Under the pieces are notes generated by a model. It ran no database searches. It was not told where the DNA came from and worked only from the letters and a program-made list of their open reading frames with translations. The translations under genes were made by a program, and so were the position numbers. From Dictyostelium discoideum (taxonomy: Eukaryota), in assembly GCA_000004695.1 (NCBI GenBank), contig CM000151.3, positions 4,320,001 through 4,384,000 of the forward strand: a stretch of DNA of 64,000 nt, read 5' to 3'. Below are positions 12,352 to 25,082 of the stretch, piece after piece. Position 1 is the stretch's first letter, and each line of letters opens with the position of its first letter.

Positions 12352-13848
12352 TTATAATTCAACAAATCCAATATTTGATGGCTTTGATTCTATACCATTA
12401 TAACTTGTAACAACAATACTATATTTTCCATAAGGTATATTAAACATTTTTGTTATGAATTCTGAATTAATTGATCGTTTAATTTTATATCTTAACCATG
12501 TATTATCTGATCTACTGATATAAACAAAGTATTTGATTTTTTGATTACTTTTTTCACTTTTAAAGGAATTTGATTTAAAAGTGATTGATACATCCATATT
12601 AAAATAATATTGTTTTTCAATTGTACAATTGATAATTTGAGGTGGTAATAATTGTTCAAGTTGATTGGTAAATGATAAATTATAAGTTAAGGAGTAATTT
12701 CCATAATCAAGATTATGGTTTTCAACAATAATATAAACATGTTTACCATTTGCTGTCATTCTTAATTGCCTATTATCATTTGATCTATCAATAATAGTGG
12801 TTAAACTTTGACCATATCTAATATTACAACTTCTCATTGAACTATATTTATAATAATTATAAGCTTTTCTTGATTCTAATAAACATATTGAATAGGTGAA
12901 TGGCATAACTCTATTAGCTATTGGATTTATTGACATTGTAATTTCCGTATTACCCTTAACATCACAAGAATATTGATGATATTGATTAAAATTATTATTA
13001 TTAAAACCATTATCTTTTTTAAAATTACAATAATTATTACAAGGTGAATAATCATCATTTCTTAAAAATTCTAAATATGAGTCTAAAAAGTGTAATTGGT
13101 TTATTGATTTAATTTTTTCAATATTATTTTTCAAATAAATTGTATTGTTAATTGAATGTTTAAAAATTGTATTTGAAACGTATGGGTCTGTTATTCTAAT
13201 AGTATCATTATAATATGAATTTACATATCTACGGTAGGTAAATTTATTTATGTTTTGTTTAACATAATCTAAAAATTTATCATCACCAATTGCAGGTTGG
13301 CCAAATGTTACACATGTAATTGATTTTATATATTTTTCATTAAAACGTTGAATTGAGATATCTAAAGTTGCAAAAAATGCAATTACACCGCCAACTGAAT
13401 GACCAGTAAAATAGATATCATAGGGTTTCTCACATGAATCAATAATGCTATATAATTGAATATATAAATCATAATATTCACCTTGAAAACCATTACGAAC
13501 TTCACCACATCCTTTTGGATCAATATAACAATCAACTTTGAAATAATGGGCATTATCTTCGATATTAATTGAATTGTATTCTTTAAATGAAATTATTAAA
13601 TTATTGGTAATGGATGATTTATATGCTAAAATCTTAGAATTATCCAATACAACCTCCCATTCCAAACAATTGTTTTTATCACCTAAAGAAATAAATTGAT
13701 TTTGTTTAACTGCTAATGGATCATATATTAAATCTGAAAAGTATGCAAAAATATAATCTCCATTTTTACCAATTATTGAACTATTTGATCTTTTAAGATT
13801 TATTAATAAATTTATTATCAATATAAAAACTATTGTTTTAAAAAACAT
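12352..13848 (-). CDS. Secreted class-3 (fungal-type) lipase-like protein, paralogue 1 of 4, with a novel Cys-rich/beta-rich C-terminal domain of about 230 aa.
   Basis: Single-exon 498-aa ORF. Signal peptide MFFKTIVFILIINLLINL. Lipase_3 signatures: ...LIISFKEY..., CGEVRNGFQGEYYDLYIQLYSIIDSCEKPYDIYFTGHSVGGVIAFFATLD (nucleophile elbow GHSxG), ...FGQPAIGD... The C-terminal half has conserved Cys pairs (SPCNNYCNF...YSCDV...YSICL) and ends ...YSIVVTSYNGIESKPSNIGFVEL. It converges tail-to-tail on the carboxypeptidase gene with an intergenic gap of about 113 bp. Confidence 0.85.
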   Translation of the reverse strand: MFFKTIVFILIINLLINLKRSNSSIIGKNGDYIFAYFSDLIYDPLAVKQNQFISLGDKNNCLEWEVVLDNSKILAYKSSITNNLIISFKEYNSINIEDNAHYFKVDCYIDPKGCGEVRNGFQGEYYDLYIQLYSIIDSCEKPYDIYFTGHSVGGVIAFFATLDISIQRFNEKYIKSITCVTFGQPAIGDDKFLDYVKQNINKFTYRRYVNSYYNDTIRITDPYVSNTIFKHSINNTIYLKNNIEKIKSINQLHFLDSYLEFLRNDDYSPCNNYCNFKKDNGFNNNNFNQYHQYSCDVKGNTEITMSINPIANRVMPFTYSICLLESRKAYNYYKYSSMRSCNIRYGQSLTTIIDRSNDNRQLRMTANGKHVYIIVENHNLDYGNYSLTYNLSFTNQLEQLLPPQIINCTIEKQYYFNMDVSITFKSNSFKSEKSNQKIKYFVYISRSDNTWLRYKIKRSINSEFITKMFNIPYGKYSIVVTSYNGIESKPSNIGFVEL

Positions 13849-14241
13849 TGTTTATTGACAATTAAAATAACACTTGGGTTTTTTTTTAATTTTATATTTT
13901 GTGTGGTTGTGTGTGTTTATATATTAATTAAAAATAAAAATTAAATAAAATTCTCTGTAAATATCCCTATCAATATTAATTATACAAAATTTTAAATCAG
14001 AAAATCTAAATTTAGATCTTAATTACATTTCTTTTTTAATTAAAAATAATAATTAATGAAAATAAAAAAATAAAAATTTCATCATTTAATTTATTAATAT
14101 TAAGTAATCTTTTAAGTGGTGTTTTTAGAAAATTTAATTAAAAGATTTTTAGTAATTTACTAAATTATCTATTATTTTATTTATTTAAAAATTAATGATT
14201 CAGATTAGTTGTTAAATCATTTTTTTCTTTATAATTATAAT

Positions 14242-15810
14242 TTATTTCAGAGTATTTATAAATGCAATATTGGAGGGTGAAGATTGGATATCATTATATT
14301 CTGAAAAAACAACTATACTATATGCTCCTTTTGGGATATCATCTATAGTTTTTGAAAAGTAATTATTATTTTGGTGTGGTCGAATAATTGTCTCTTTATA
14401 TTTTTTCCAGTTTTGCCCAATATTACTAATGAATATATTATATATTGTATTATTAAAATTGTTGTTATTATTATTATGATCTAAATCATTGATACTAAAA
14501 TTAACTTGTAATTTAATAAGATCGTTTTTTATTTCTAAAATATCAGCTGTTAAATTTGTTGGTGGATTTGGAGTTTGATATGGGCTCTTTATTGAAATAT
14601 TATAAGAAAATGAGGATGTCCCTAAAATTGAGTTATGGTTTTCAACTACAACAATAATTTCATTTAAATTTTTAATTCTTTTTGAAACTGATCTAAAATG
14701 TTCTGTCTTATCTACCATTGTTATTGGTTGTTTATAATCTTTATAGTAATTTAAATTACAACTACTAAATAATGTAAAATCATAGTGTTTAAATTGATTC
14801 CTTGATGTAAATAAACATACAGAGTATTTATCAGGTAGAATACCTTTTGGATTAAATTCACCATTGAAAATACATTCATTTTTAACCATACAATGATATT
14901 CTTTAAATTTTGAAAATTTTGCATTCTTTTCAACAAATTTACAATTAGTATTACATTGTGAATAATTTGGATTAAATGTATTTAATAGGTAAAGATCTGA
15001 TGAATGTAAACCCAATGGAAAATTGGGACAACTGTGTTTTTTACAATTTAAAACAATTATTGATTCATCTGCGACCTTTGGATGATAAACATTAAATATT
15101 GACATTATTTCAACAACAGGATCTTCATGATACTTTTTAAAATCAGATGAACGATGTTTATGATTATTAATATTAACGTATCTTCTATAATTTATTTTTT
15201 TAATTGATGATAAAAACAATTTATTAAATTGTTCATCTCCTACTGCAGGCTGACCAAATGTTATACAATTAATAGATTCAATGTTTTTTAAATCATTTTG
15301 ATAAGAATAATATACTGAAGCTAATAATGCAACAGCACCACCAGCCGAATGACCAGTAAAATAAATATCATATGGTTGGTCTAATGATTTTATTATTGAT
15401 AACATTGTATTTTGATTAAAATAAAATTGATCTTGAAAACCAAAATGAATTTTACCACATTCAATATTCCATGGTTTTAATAAAAAACAAGAAATTAATT
15501 TTAAATCAATATCAGATGCAAAATCTTTAAAATAATGAGTTCCTTGAATTGAAATAACCAAGTTATTCGTATATTTTGATTTAAAAATCATCATTTTATT
15601 TTCATTTACAATTATTTCCCATTCTTCACATTCACCATTAATTTTTATTAATTCAAATTTTGAAAATTCTTTATTATTTGTTTTATATACTAAATTTGAA
15701 AAGTAAGCAAATATATGATCTCCATCTTTATTTATTTTTGAAGATAAAATTAAATTTATAAAAATTAATTTAAATAATATAATTATTAAAAATTTTATTT
15801 TAAAAAACAT
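14242..15810 (-). CDS. Secreted class-3 lipase-like protein, paralogue 2 of 4.
   Basis: 522-aa single-exon ORF. Signal peptide; VISIQGTHYF (RGT-like block); PYDIYFTGHSAGGAVALLASVYYS (GHSxG); FGQPAVGDEQF. The Cys-rich C-terminal domain ends YSIVVFSEYNDIQSSPSNIAFINTLK. Collinear with paralogues 1, 3 and 4. Confidence 0.85.
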   Translation of the reverse strand: MFFKIKFLIIILFKLIFINLILSSKINKDGDHIFAYFSNLVYKTNNKEFSKFELIKINGECEEWEIIVNENKMMIFKSKYTNNLVISIQGTHYFKDFASDIDLKLISCFLLKPWNIECGKIHFGFQDQFYFNQNTMLSIIKSLDQPYDIYFTGHSAGGAVALLASVYYSYQNDLKNIESINCITFGQPAVGDEQFNKLFLSSIKKINYRRYVNINNHKHRSSDFKKYHEDPVVEIMSIFNVYHPKVADESIIVLNCKKHSCPNFPLGLHSSDLYLLNTFNPNYSQCNTNCKFVEKNAKFSKFKEYHCMVKNECIFNGEFNPKGILPDKYSVCLFTSRNQFKHYDFTLFSSCNLNYYKDYKQPITMVDKTEHFRSVSKRIKNLNEIIVVVENHNSILGTSSFSYNISIKSPYQTPNPPTNLTADILEIKNDLIKLQVNFSINDLDHNNNNNNFNNTIYNIFISNIGQNWKKYKETIIRPHQNNNYFSKTIDDIPKGAYSIVVFSEYNDIQSSPSNIAFINTLK

Positions 15811-15942
15811 TTTTAATTTAAATAATTATATAATTTTTTTTTTTTTATTTTTTTTAAATAATTATTTTTATTTTTTTTTTTTTTCTGAACATTTAAAAAT
15901 AATTATTTTTATTCCACGTTTATAAAAAAAAAAGTCTTTTTT

Positions 15943-15976
<34 letters not shown>

Positions 15977-16030
15977 TTAAAAAATAAATAAAAATAAAAT
16001 AACAGATTTAATAATTATTTATTATAAATT

Positions 16031-17566
16031 TCAAATTATTTTATTTTTATTATCTAATCCATTAACAAAACAATAATTAGAAGTTTTGGATTCTATTCCA
16101 TTATCACTTGTAGATACAATACTATAAAGACCATCTTTTTTAAGATTTTTTATAATTTCATTTAATTCTATTTTTGATAATGGTTCAACAAATTCATATT
16201 TAATCCAATCTTTTCCAATTTCACTTAAATAAATATTATATTTCATTGTTGGTTGAATTAATGAAATAGTATTATTTGATTTGAATGAAACTGAAATATC
16301 CATTGAATTTTCATTTGTTGAAATTATTTTACATGTTAAATTATTTGGTGGTTGTGGTACTTGAATTGTACTAATGAATGAAATATTGAAAGCAAGAGTT
16401 GAAGTTGAAAAGAATAAATTATGATTCTCTACAATTATAAATAAATCAGAACCAGAAACAGTCATTTCAAACTCCATTGCATTTGTTGTTTTATCAATTA
16501 AAATATTAGATTTACCACCACAAATATTATTTTGACTATATTCATATTTATTAAAATCATCTTTATTTGTAAAAATACAAACTGAATATTTATCAGTGAA
16601 AAAACCAGAACCTGGATAAAAGTGACCTTTAATTGTCGATTCTGAAGATGATGGACAATGATAAACTTGTTTTTTTGTAATTTTTGGATTTTGGAATAAA
16701 AAATTACAATTTGAATTACATTTTGAATATTTATCATTATAAAGTTTATCTTTATAAAGATCCAAGAAATGTAAACCTAAAGAGTAATTTGGACAATCAT
16801 TATTACAATCTAATAGAATTGGACTATTATTTGGATGTGGTACCGATAAGAAATTCACTACTGGATCTTCAATGGTTTTATTATTATTTAATTGTGCAAT
16901 ATTATTAATATTAATATAACGACGATACTGAAATTTATCTAATTTTAAATTTGCAAATTTATTAAATTCAAAATCACCAATTGAAGGTTGTCCAAAAGTT
17001 ATACAATTAATAGAATGAATTATATTGAGATCTTTATGATTTGTAACATAATCCAATGATGCTAATAATGCAGTTGAACCACCTAATGAATGACCAGTGA
17101 AATAAATATCATATTGTTGATCTAATTTTTTAATTGTTGATAAAAGTAATAAACTAATTTCATTATATTTCTCTTGAAATCCATTACGAATCTTTCCACA
17201 ACCGCCACCTCTACCACTACCACCACCACCCCATAAATCATTATTTACTATTAAATTACAATTTGAATATTTGATATCTAAATCAGCTTTTATATCTTCA
17301 ATACTGCTTGTACCTTTGAATGAAACCACAACAGTATTACTAAATTTTGATTTCCAAATATCCATTCCACTACTATCAATTATAATTTCCCATTCCATAC
17401 ATTTCTCATTCAATTGTAAATATTCATTTCCTGTTATCGGTCCATAAACTGTATCTGAAAAATATGCAAATAAAAAATCACCTTCTTTTTTAATTATTGA
17501 ACAATTTATAATTGCAAGTATAATTAAATTTATAAATAATAATAAAGTTATTTTAAAATTTAACAT
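16031..17566 (-). CDS. Secreted class-3 lipase-like protein, paralogue 3 of 4, with a Gly-rich insertion before the catalytic region.
   Basis: 511-aa single-exon ORF. Signal peptide; VVVSFKGTSSIEDIKADLDIK; an insertion WGGGGSGRGGGCGKIRNGF; QYDIYFTGHSLGGSTALLASLDY (GHSxG); FGQPSIGDFEF. The C-terminal domain ends LYSIVSTSDNGIESKTSNYCFVNG. Confidence 0.85.
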   Translation of the reverse strand: MLNFKITLLLFINLIILAIINCSIIKKEGDFLFAYFSDTVYGPITGNEYLQLNEKCMEWEIIIDSSGMDIWKSKFSNTVVVSFKGTSSIEDIKADLDIKYSNCNLIVNNDLWGGGGSGRGGGCGKIRNGFQEKYNEISLLLLSTIKKLDQQYDIYFTGHSLGGSTALLASLDYVTNHKDLNIIHSINCITFGQPSIGDFEFNKFANLKLDKFQYRRYININNIAQLNNNKTIEDPVVNFLSVPHPNNSPILLDCNNDCPNYSLGLHFLDLYKDKLYNDKYSKCNSNCNFLFQNPKITKKQVYHCPSSSESTIKGHFYPGSGFFTDKYSVCIFTNKDDFNKYEYSQNNICGGKSNILIDKTTNAMEFEMTVSGSDLFIIVENHNLFFSTSTLAFNISFISTIQVPQPPNNLTCKIISTNENSMDISVSFKSNNTISLIQPTMKYNIYLSEIGKDWIKYEFVEPLSKIELNEIIKNLKKDGLYSIVSTSDNGIESKTSNYCFVNGLDNKNKII

Positions 17567-17790
17567 TTTAAAAAAAACAATTATTAATAGAATATTATTA
17601 AAAATTATAATTGGTAATTAATAAAAAATATTTTATTCTATTTGAAAAAAAAAAAAAAAAAAAAAAAGAAACATTTTTTTCAATACGAATTATTCTTTTT
17701 TTGTTTTATGTAAATAGGTACAATTGTAATTTCTAAATTTTTCTTTTTTATTTTAAATTTTTAATATATTAATATGATAGCTTACATGAA

Positions 17791-17828
<38 letters not shown>

Positions 17829-18068
17829 AATATGGTAATTACTACTTATTTATCATTTATTTAATCTCTATGAATCTAATAAATTTTAAAATAATTACTA
17901 TATCAAAATTTTACACACATCCACAAAAAAAAAAAAAAAAAAAAAAATGAAAAATGAAAAACAGAAATAAAAAAATAAAATAAAATTTTATACAAATAGG
18001 GTTTTGTTACTAAAAAAAAAAAAAATTAAAAAAAAAAAAAATAAAAATAAATTTTAAAAAAATTTAAG

Positions 18069-18250
18069 GGAGTTGTATAGGGAAATAAAAAAAAAAGTAA
18101 AAAAAAAAGAGGTAACTACTGACCAGTCCTCATAGAATCACTTTTTACCACTTTAATTCCGAAATTATTATGTCTGGATGGACCATTTTTTTTCACTTTT
18201 TACCACTTTAATGGTGAAATTTTTTTTATCCGACCAACCTTATCATCCTT
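18069..18250. other. Island of about 180 bp that is noticeably less AT-rich than its surroundings, with an internal imperfect direct repeat (cactttttaccactttaat[t/g]) in the 1.7-kb gap between lipase paralogues 3 and 4. Possible degenerate transposon or terminal-repeat fragment, or a small ncRNA.
   Basis: The sequence gggagttgtatagggaaat...ggtaactactgaccagtcctcatagaatcactttttaccactttaattccgaaattattatgtctggatggaccattttttttcactttttaccactttaatggtgaaatttttttt atccgaccaaccttatcatcc stands out against flanking AT-only DNA. No ORF. No tRNA or snRNA consensus that I can fit. Confidence 0.25.
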
Positions 18251-18659
18251 TTATTTTTAATTTTCTTTTTTTAATTTTACCATAAAAATATGTTCACATT
18301 TAATTGGAACATATGTATATTTTCCATTTTCCTTAATCAGGTATAATTTTATCAATATCTTGAGTACCAATAGTTTTGAGTCATATTGATTCCTTTTTTT
18401 TTTTATTTTTTTTTTTTAATTATTTTCTTTTTTTTTTTAATTTTTTATTTTTTTATATTTTTGAAATTTTACCCATTATTATATTATATTTAATTATTAT
18501 AATTTATTAATAACTTTATCCTATTTTATTTTATTTTATTTTATTTTACTTTTGTTATTTTTAAAATTTATTATATATTACAATATAATTATATATAAAT
18601 AAAATTTTTTTTATTTTTTTTGGACAAAAAAAAAAAAAAATAAAAAATGTTTTATTAAT

Positions 18660-18778
18660 TTTTAATTAAAAAAAAAAAAAAAAGTGCTACTAAATTTTTA
18701 ATTAATTAAAAAAAAAAGTGCTATTAAATTTTTAATTAATAAAAAAAAAAAGTGCTACTAAATTTTTTATTAATTTAA
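18660..18778. repeat. Three tandem copies of a unit of about 33 bp: (a)n-agtgcta[c/t]taaattttt[a/t]attaat.
   Basis: aaaaaaaaaagtgctactaaatttttaattaatt / aaaaaaaaagtgctattaaatttttaattaat / aaaaaaaaaaagtgctactaaattttttattaat, seen directly in the intergenic DNA upstream of lipase paralogue 3. Confidence 0.7.
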
Positions 18779-19160
18779 AAATAAAAAAAATACTCAAAAC
18801 CTTAAATCTAAATCTCACAAATAAATTGTTTAATTAATCAAAAAAAAATAATAATAATAATAAACCTCATACAATAATATTAGTTTGCCAGCAAAAAATT
18901 GTAAAATTAAAAAATAATAAAAATAACAAAATATAAGAGTTTTTTTCTATTTCAAATACAAAAAATATTCTTTAAAATTTTAATTTATTCACTATTTTTC
19001 CAATTATTTTATTAATATATAAAAAAACTAATTTCTTATTTTCATGAGTGGATAGAATAAAAAAATTTAAACTAAATAGATATTAATCAATAGAATATAA
19101 GAATTAAATCTTGATTATTTTATTTGTTTTTTTTAATTTTATTTTCCCAAACATTAATTG

Positions 19161-19192
<32 letters not shown>

Positions 19193-19291
19193 GTTTGTGG
19201 TGGGGGTGATAATAAAAATAATAAATCTATTTTTTTTTTTTCAGATTAAATAATTTTTTTTAATTTTTTATATTTATATATTTAAAATAAT

Positions 19292-20830
19292 TTAAATTAA
19301 TGTTGAATTACCAAAAATGTAAGCAAAATTAGAAGCATGTGATTCAGCTCCATTGTCAGCAGTAACAACAATACTATAAATTCCATTCATCGGAATGTTT
19401 AAAAATTTTGAAACAAATTTAGTTGTTGCAGATTCAATGAATTCAAACTTTGACCATTCTTTACCAATTTCACTTAAATAAACCCTATATATAATTAAAT
19501 TATATAAACTATAAATGTGTTGTGGTAATTGGTGATAGTTAAAAGAGACCATAATACCAATTGTATCATTTTTTAAAGATGACACAGTACAAGATAAATT
19601 TGTTGGTGGTGAAGGTGCAGTAATTGAATTTGTAAATGTGATATTATAAGAGAATGACGAAGTTGCGAATAAATTATTACGATTTTCAACAACCACATAT
19701 AACTCTTTGCCTTGTAATACCTTTTTTTCAAACATAGTTCTATTTGATGTTTTTTTAATTATAATTGAAGTTGCATTTGAATTTGTACCTGATTTCAAAT
19801 TACAATCAGTTGATTGTTTATATTCATATTGATCGAAATCTTGAGCTGAAGTGAATAGACACACAGAATATTTATCAGGCATGATACCTTGTGGATTGAA
19901 TGATCCCTTGATTAAAGACTCCTTATTTATTGGACATTTGTAGGACTGATATTTATAAATATTTGCATTGGATTCTTCAAATTTACAATTTGAACTACAT
20001 TCCGAATAATGTTGATTAAAAACATTACCCAAATATAAATCCATGAAATGTAAACCCAGTGGTACCATTGGACACCTGGTTTTTAAGCAGTCCAACATGA
20101 TGGCATTGGTTGGGTGTGAGAATATTGAATTTGGGATGGGATCTTCTTGAGGTGATAGACCGAGTATGGCCGTTTTACTATTATAATTTACATAACGACG
20201 GTATTGGAATCTTTGGGAGTAAAACATCAAACTGTTGGAAAACTGCTCATCGCCCACAGCCGGTTGACCAAAAGTAACACAGTGGATTGATTTAATGTAT
20301 TTTTGTTTTTGTCTTTGATTCACTGTATAATCATAGGCGGCAATCAATGCCAATGCACCGCCTAGTGAATGACCGGTGAAATAGATATCATATGGTTGAT
20401 CTAGTGATTTAATAATTGATAAGAGGATATCATAAGTTTCGTAATACTCTTGTTGAAATCCATAATGAAGTTTACCACATCCACTTGTAATATTACATGT
20501 TGTTGGTACAATTTTAATATCTGTAATAATATCTGAAAATCCTTGTGTACCTCTAAAAGAAACTATTAAATTATTACTAAATTTCGATTGAAATATCATA
20601 ATTCTACTATGATCTAATATTATTTTCCACTCCATACATTCTCCATTTAATGAAATGTATTTATATTGTTCACTATTGGTATTTGTTGATTTTGGCATAT
20701 AAACAATATCTGATAATAATCCAAATAAATAATCACCATCTTCTTTTATAATTGTTCCATTATTAAAATCTATTAGATAATTTAAAATTAATAAAAATAT
20801 AAATAAAATAATTTTAATTTTAAAAATCAT
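19292..20830 (-). CDS. Secreted class-3 lipase-like protein, paralogue 4 of 4.
   Basis: 512-aa single-exon ORF. Signal peptide; IVSFRGTQGFSDIITDIKIV (canonical Lipase_3 RGT block); PYDIYFTGHSLGGALALIAAYDY; FGQPAVGDEQF. The C-terminal domain ends YSIVVTADNGAESHASNFAYIFGNSTLI. Confidence 0.85.
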   Translation of the reverse strand: MIFKIKIILFIFLLILNYLIDFNNGTIIKEDGDYLFGLLSDIVYMPKSTNTNSEQYKYISLNGECMEWKIILDHSRIMIFQSKFSNNLIVSFRGTQGFSDIITDIKIVPTTCNITSGCGKLHYGFQQEYYETYDILLSIIKSLDQPYDIYFTGHSLGGALALIAAYDYTVNQRQKQKYIKSIHCVTFGQPAVGDEQFSNSLMFYSQRFQYRRYVNYNSKTAILGLSPQEDPIPNSIFSHPTNAIMLDCLKTRCPMVPLGLHFMDLYLGNVFNQHYSECSSNCKFEESNANIYKYQSYKCPINKESLIKGSFNPQGIMPDKYSVCLFTSAQDFDQYEYKQSTDCNLKSGTNSNATSIIIKKTSNRTMFEKKVLQGKELYVVVENRNNLFATSSFSYNITFTNSITAPSPPTNLSCTVSSLKNDTIGIMVSFNYHQLPQHIYSLYNLIIYRVYLSEIGKEWSKFEFIESATTKFVSKFLNIPMNGIYSIVVTADNGAESHASNFAYIFGNSTLI

Positions 20831-21854
20831 GATTATTGTAATATTTTTTTTTTAGGTTAATTAATCTATAGATTTTTAAAAATAAAAAATAATAGAATTA
20901 CAATTTATAAAATAAAAAAAAAAAAAAAATTGTTTAAATAAAAAATAAAAATAATTAAAAAAAAAAAAAAAAAAAAAATGATTTAAATTAATAAAATAGT
21001 AGTGTGAGTGTGAATGTTTGAAGATTTTAAGTGGATGTAATTATTTTTTTTATAAAATAATAAGCCCAATTAATGAGATATATATAGAAATAAAAAACTG
21101 AAAATAATTAAACAAAAACAAAAATCAAGATATGTGACATATCAAATTAAAAAATAAATTAAATTTTTTGTTTTACAATTATATATGATAGATATACTAC
21201 TGGTTTTTTGTTTAAAAAAATAAAAAAATAAAAAAAAATAAAAAAAAATAAAAAAGAAAATAAAAAAAAAATAAGAAAAATAAAACTTACCACTATGTGG
21301 GTTAAATAATTTGTGTAAAATAAATTTTTGATAATAAGTTTGTAATTTGAATTATTTTAACTATACCTCTCCAATTGGTAGTTTGGAAATCATTAAATAA
21401 TTATATTATTTTTGTTTTATTTATTTTTTTTTTTATAATTGAACACCGCAAAAAATAATTTGACAACATTTTCAAAAATTAAAAATAACAAGAAATAACA
21501 CTAACTCAATTTATTAATAAAGAATCAATAATAATATTAATACCACCAATTTAATTAAAAAATAAAAAAAAAATAAAAAAAAATAAAAAAAAAATAAAAA
21601 TAAGATTATTATTATAAATGACAAATTAAATTTATTTTAATGATCATAATATTATTTCTTCTTCCTTCAATCTTCTCGATTAATCAAAAAAAAAAAAAAA
21701 AAAAAAAAATTAAAAAAATAAAAATAAATCCATCCAATGTCATACTATAAAAAAAAGAATAAAAATAATTTTAGTAAAATCTTAAAAAATATAAACAACT
21801 TTTTTAATTTTTCAAGAAAATATTTAAATTTGAAGGAAAGTTTTAAACATTCAA

Positions 21855-22075
<221 letters not shown>

Positions 22076-22184
22076 ATTTTTATTATCTAGATTTAATTTT
22101 TTTTTTTTTAATTTTTTTTTTTTATTTTTTATTTTTTTATTTTTATTTCCAATTCTTACAAATAATAAATATGATCAATGATTA

Positions 22185-24320
<2,136 letters not shown>

Positions 24321-24537
24321 GGTGTTATTATTTTATGTATTTTTAAAAAAAAATAATAATTATTTTTTTTTTTTTTACTATTATAGTGGTAATTATAATA
24401 TAAATTTATTATATATTTATATATATAAAAAATGATAAATTATAAATTCCAACTTTCAGAACACCTTTCCAATGAACAAATTAATTTATGAAAATTGAAA
24501 AAAAAAAAATAAAAATAAAAATAAAAAAAAAAAAAAA

Positions 24538-24576
<39 letters not shown>

Positions 24577-25082
24577 AAAAAAAAAAAAATTAAAAATAAA
24601 AAAAAAAATGAATTCATTTTTTGTTCAAATCGATTATTTAAAAAAAAAAAAAAGATCATGTAAATCTTTTCATTTAACTATAATTAGATAAAATAAAATA
24701 AATACAAATACAAATACAAATACAAACACATATAAAATAAAATAAAATAAAAATAAAAAATAAAACAAAACAACACAAAATTGTAATCACTTTTTTTTAA
24801 AAAAAAAAAAAGTATGGTTTTGGTTGGGGTTGGACTTTAAATTTGATCAAAACCAATGGAAATTGGCAATGATTGAAAACCATAATCATATTTTTTTTTT
24901 TTTTTTTTTCAAATAATTTTTTTTTTTTTAATAATTTTTTTTTTATTTTTTTTTTTTATTTTTTTATTTTTTTATTTTTCTTTTTAATCACAAGTTAAGT
25001 GGTTTAAATTGTAAAAAAAAAAAAAAAAAAAAAAAAATTATATTAAATTCACTTATTTTTAAAAAAAAAAAAAAAAAAAAGA
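24321..25082. promoter_or_regulatory. Divergent intergenic region of about 760 bp shared by the cdc73-like gene (minus) and the TMX-like thioredoxin gene (plus). Putative bidirectional promoter.
   Basis: It lies between the two start codons at 24320 (minus) and 25083 (plus). Extremely A/T-rich with long oligo(dA)/oligo(dT) tracts, as is typical of Dictyostelium promoters. No specific element identified. Confidence 0.3.

Noticed and set aside
24488-24691. K-rich 67-aa ORF.
   Set aside because: It is the translation of A-runs in the divergent promoter region between cdc73 and the thioredoxin gene.
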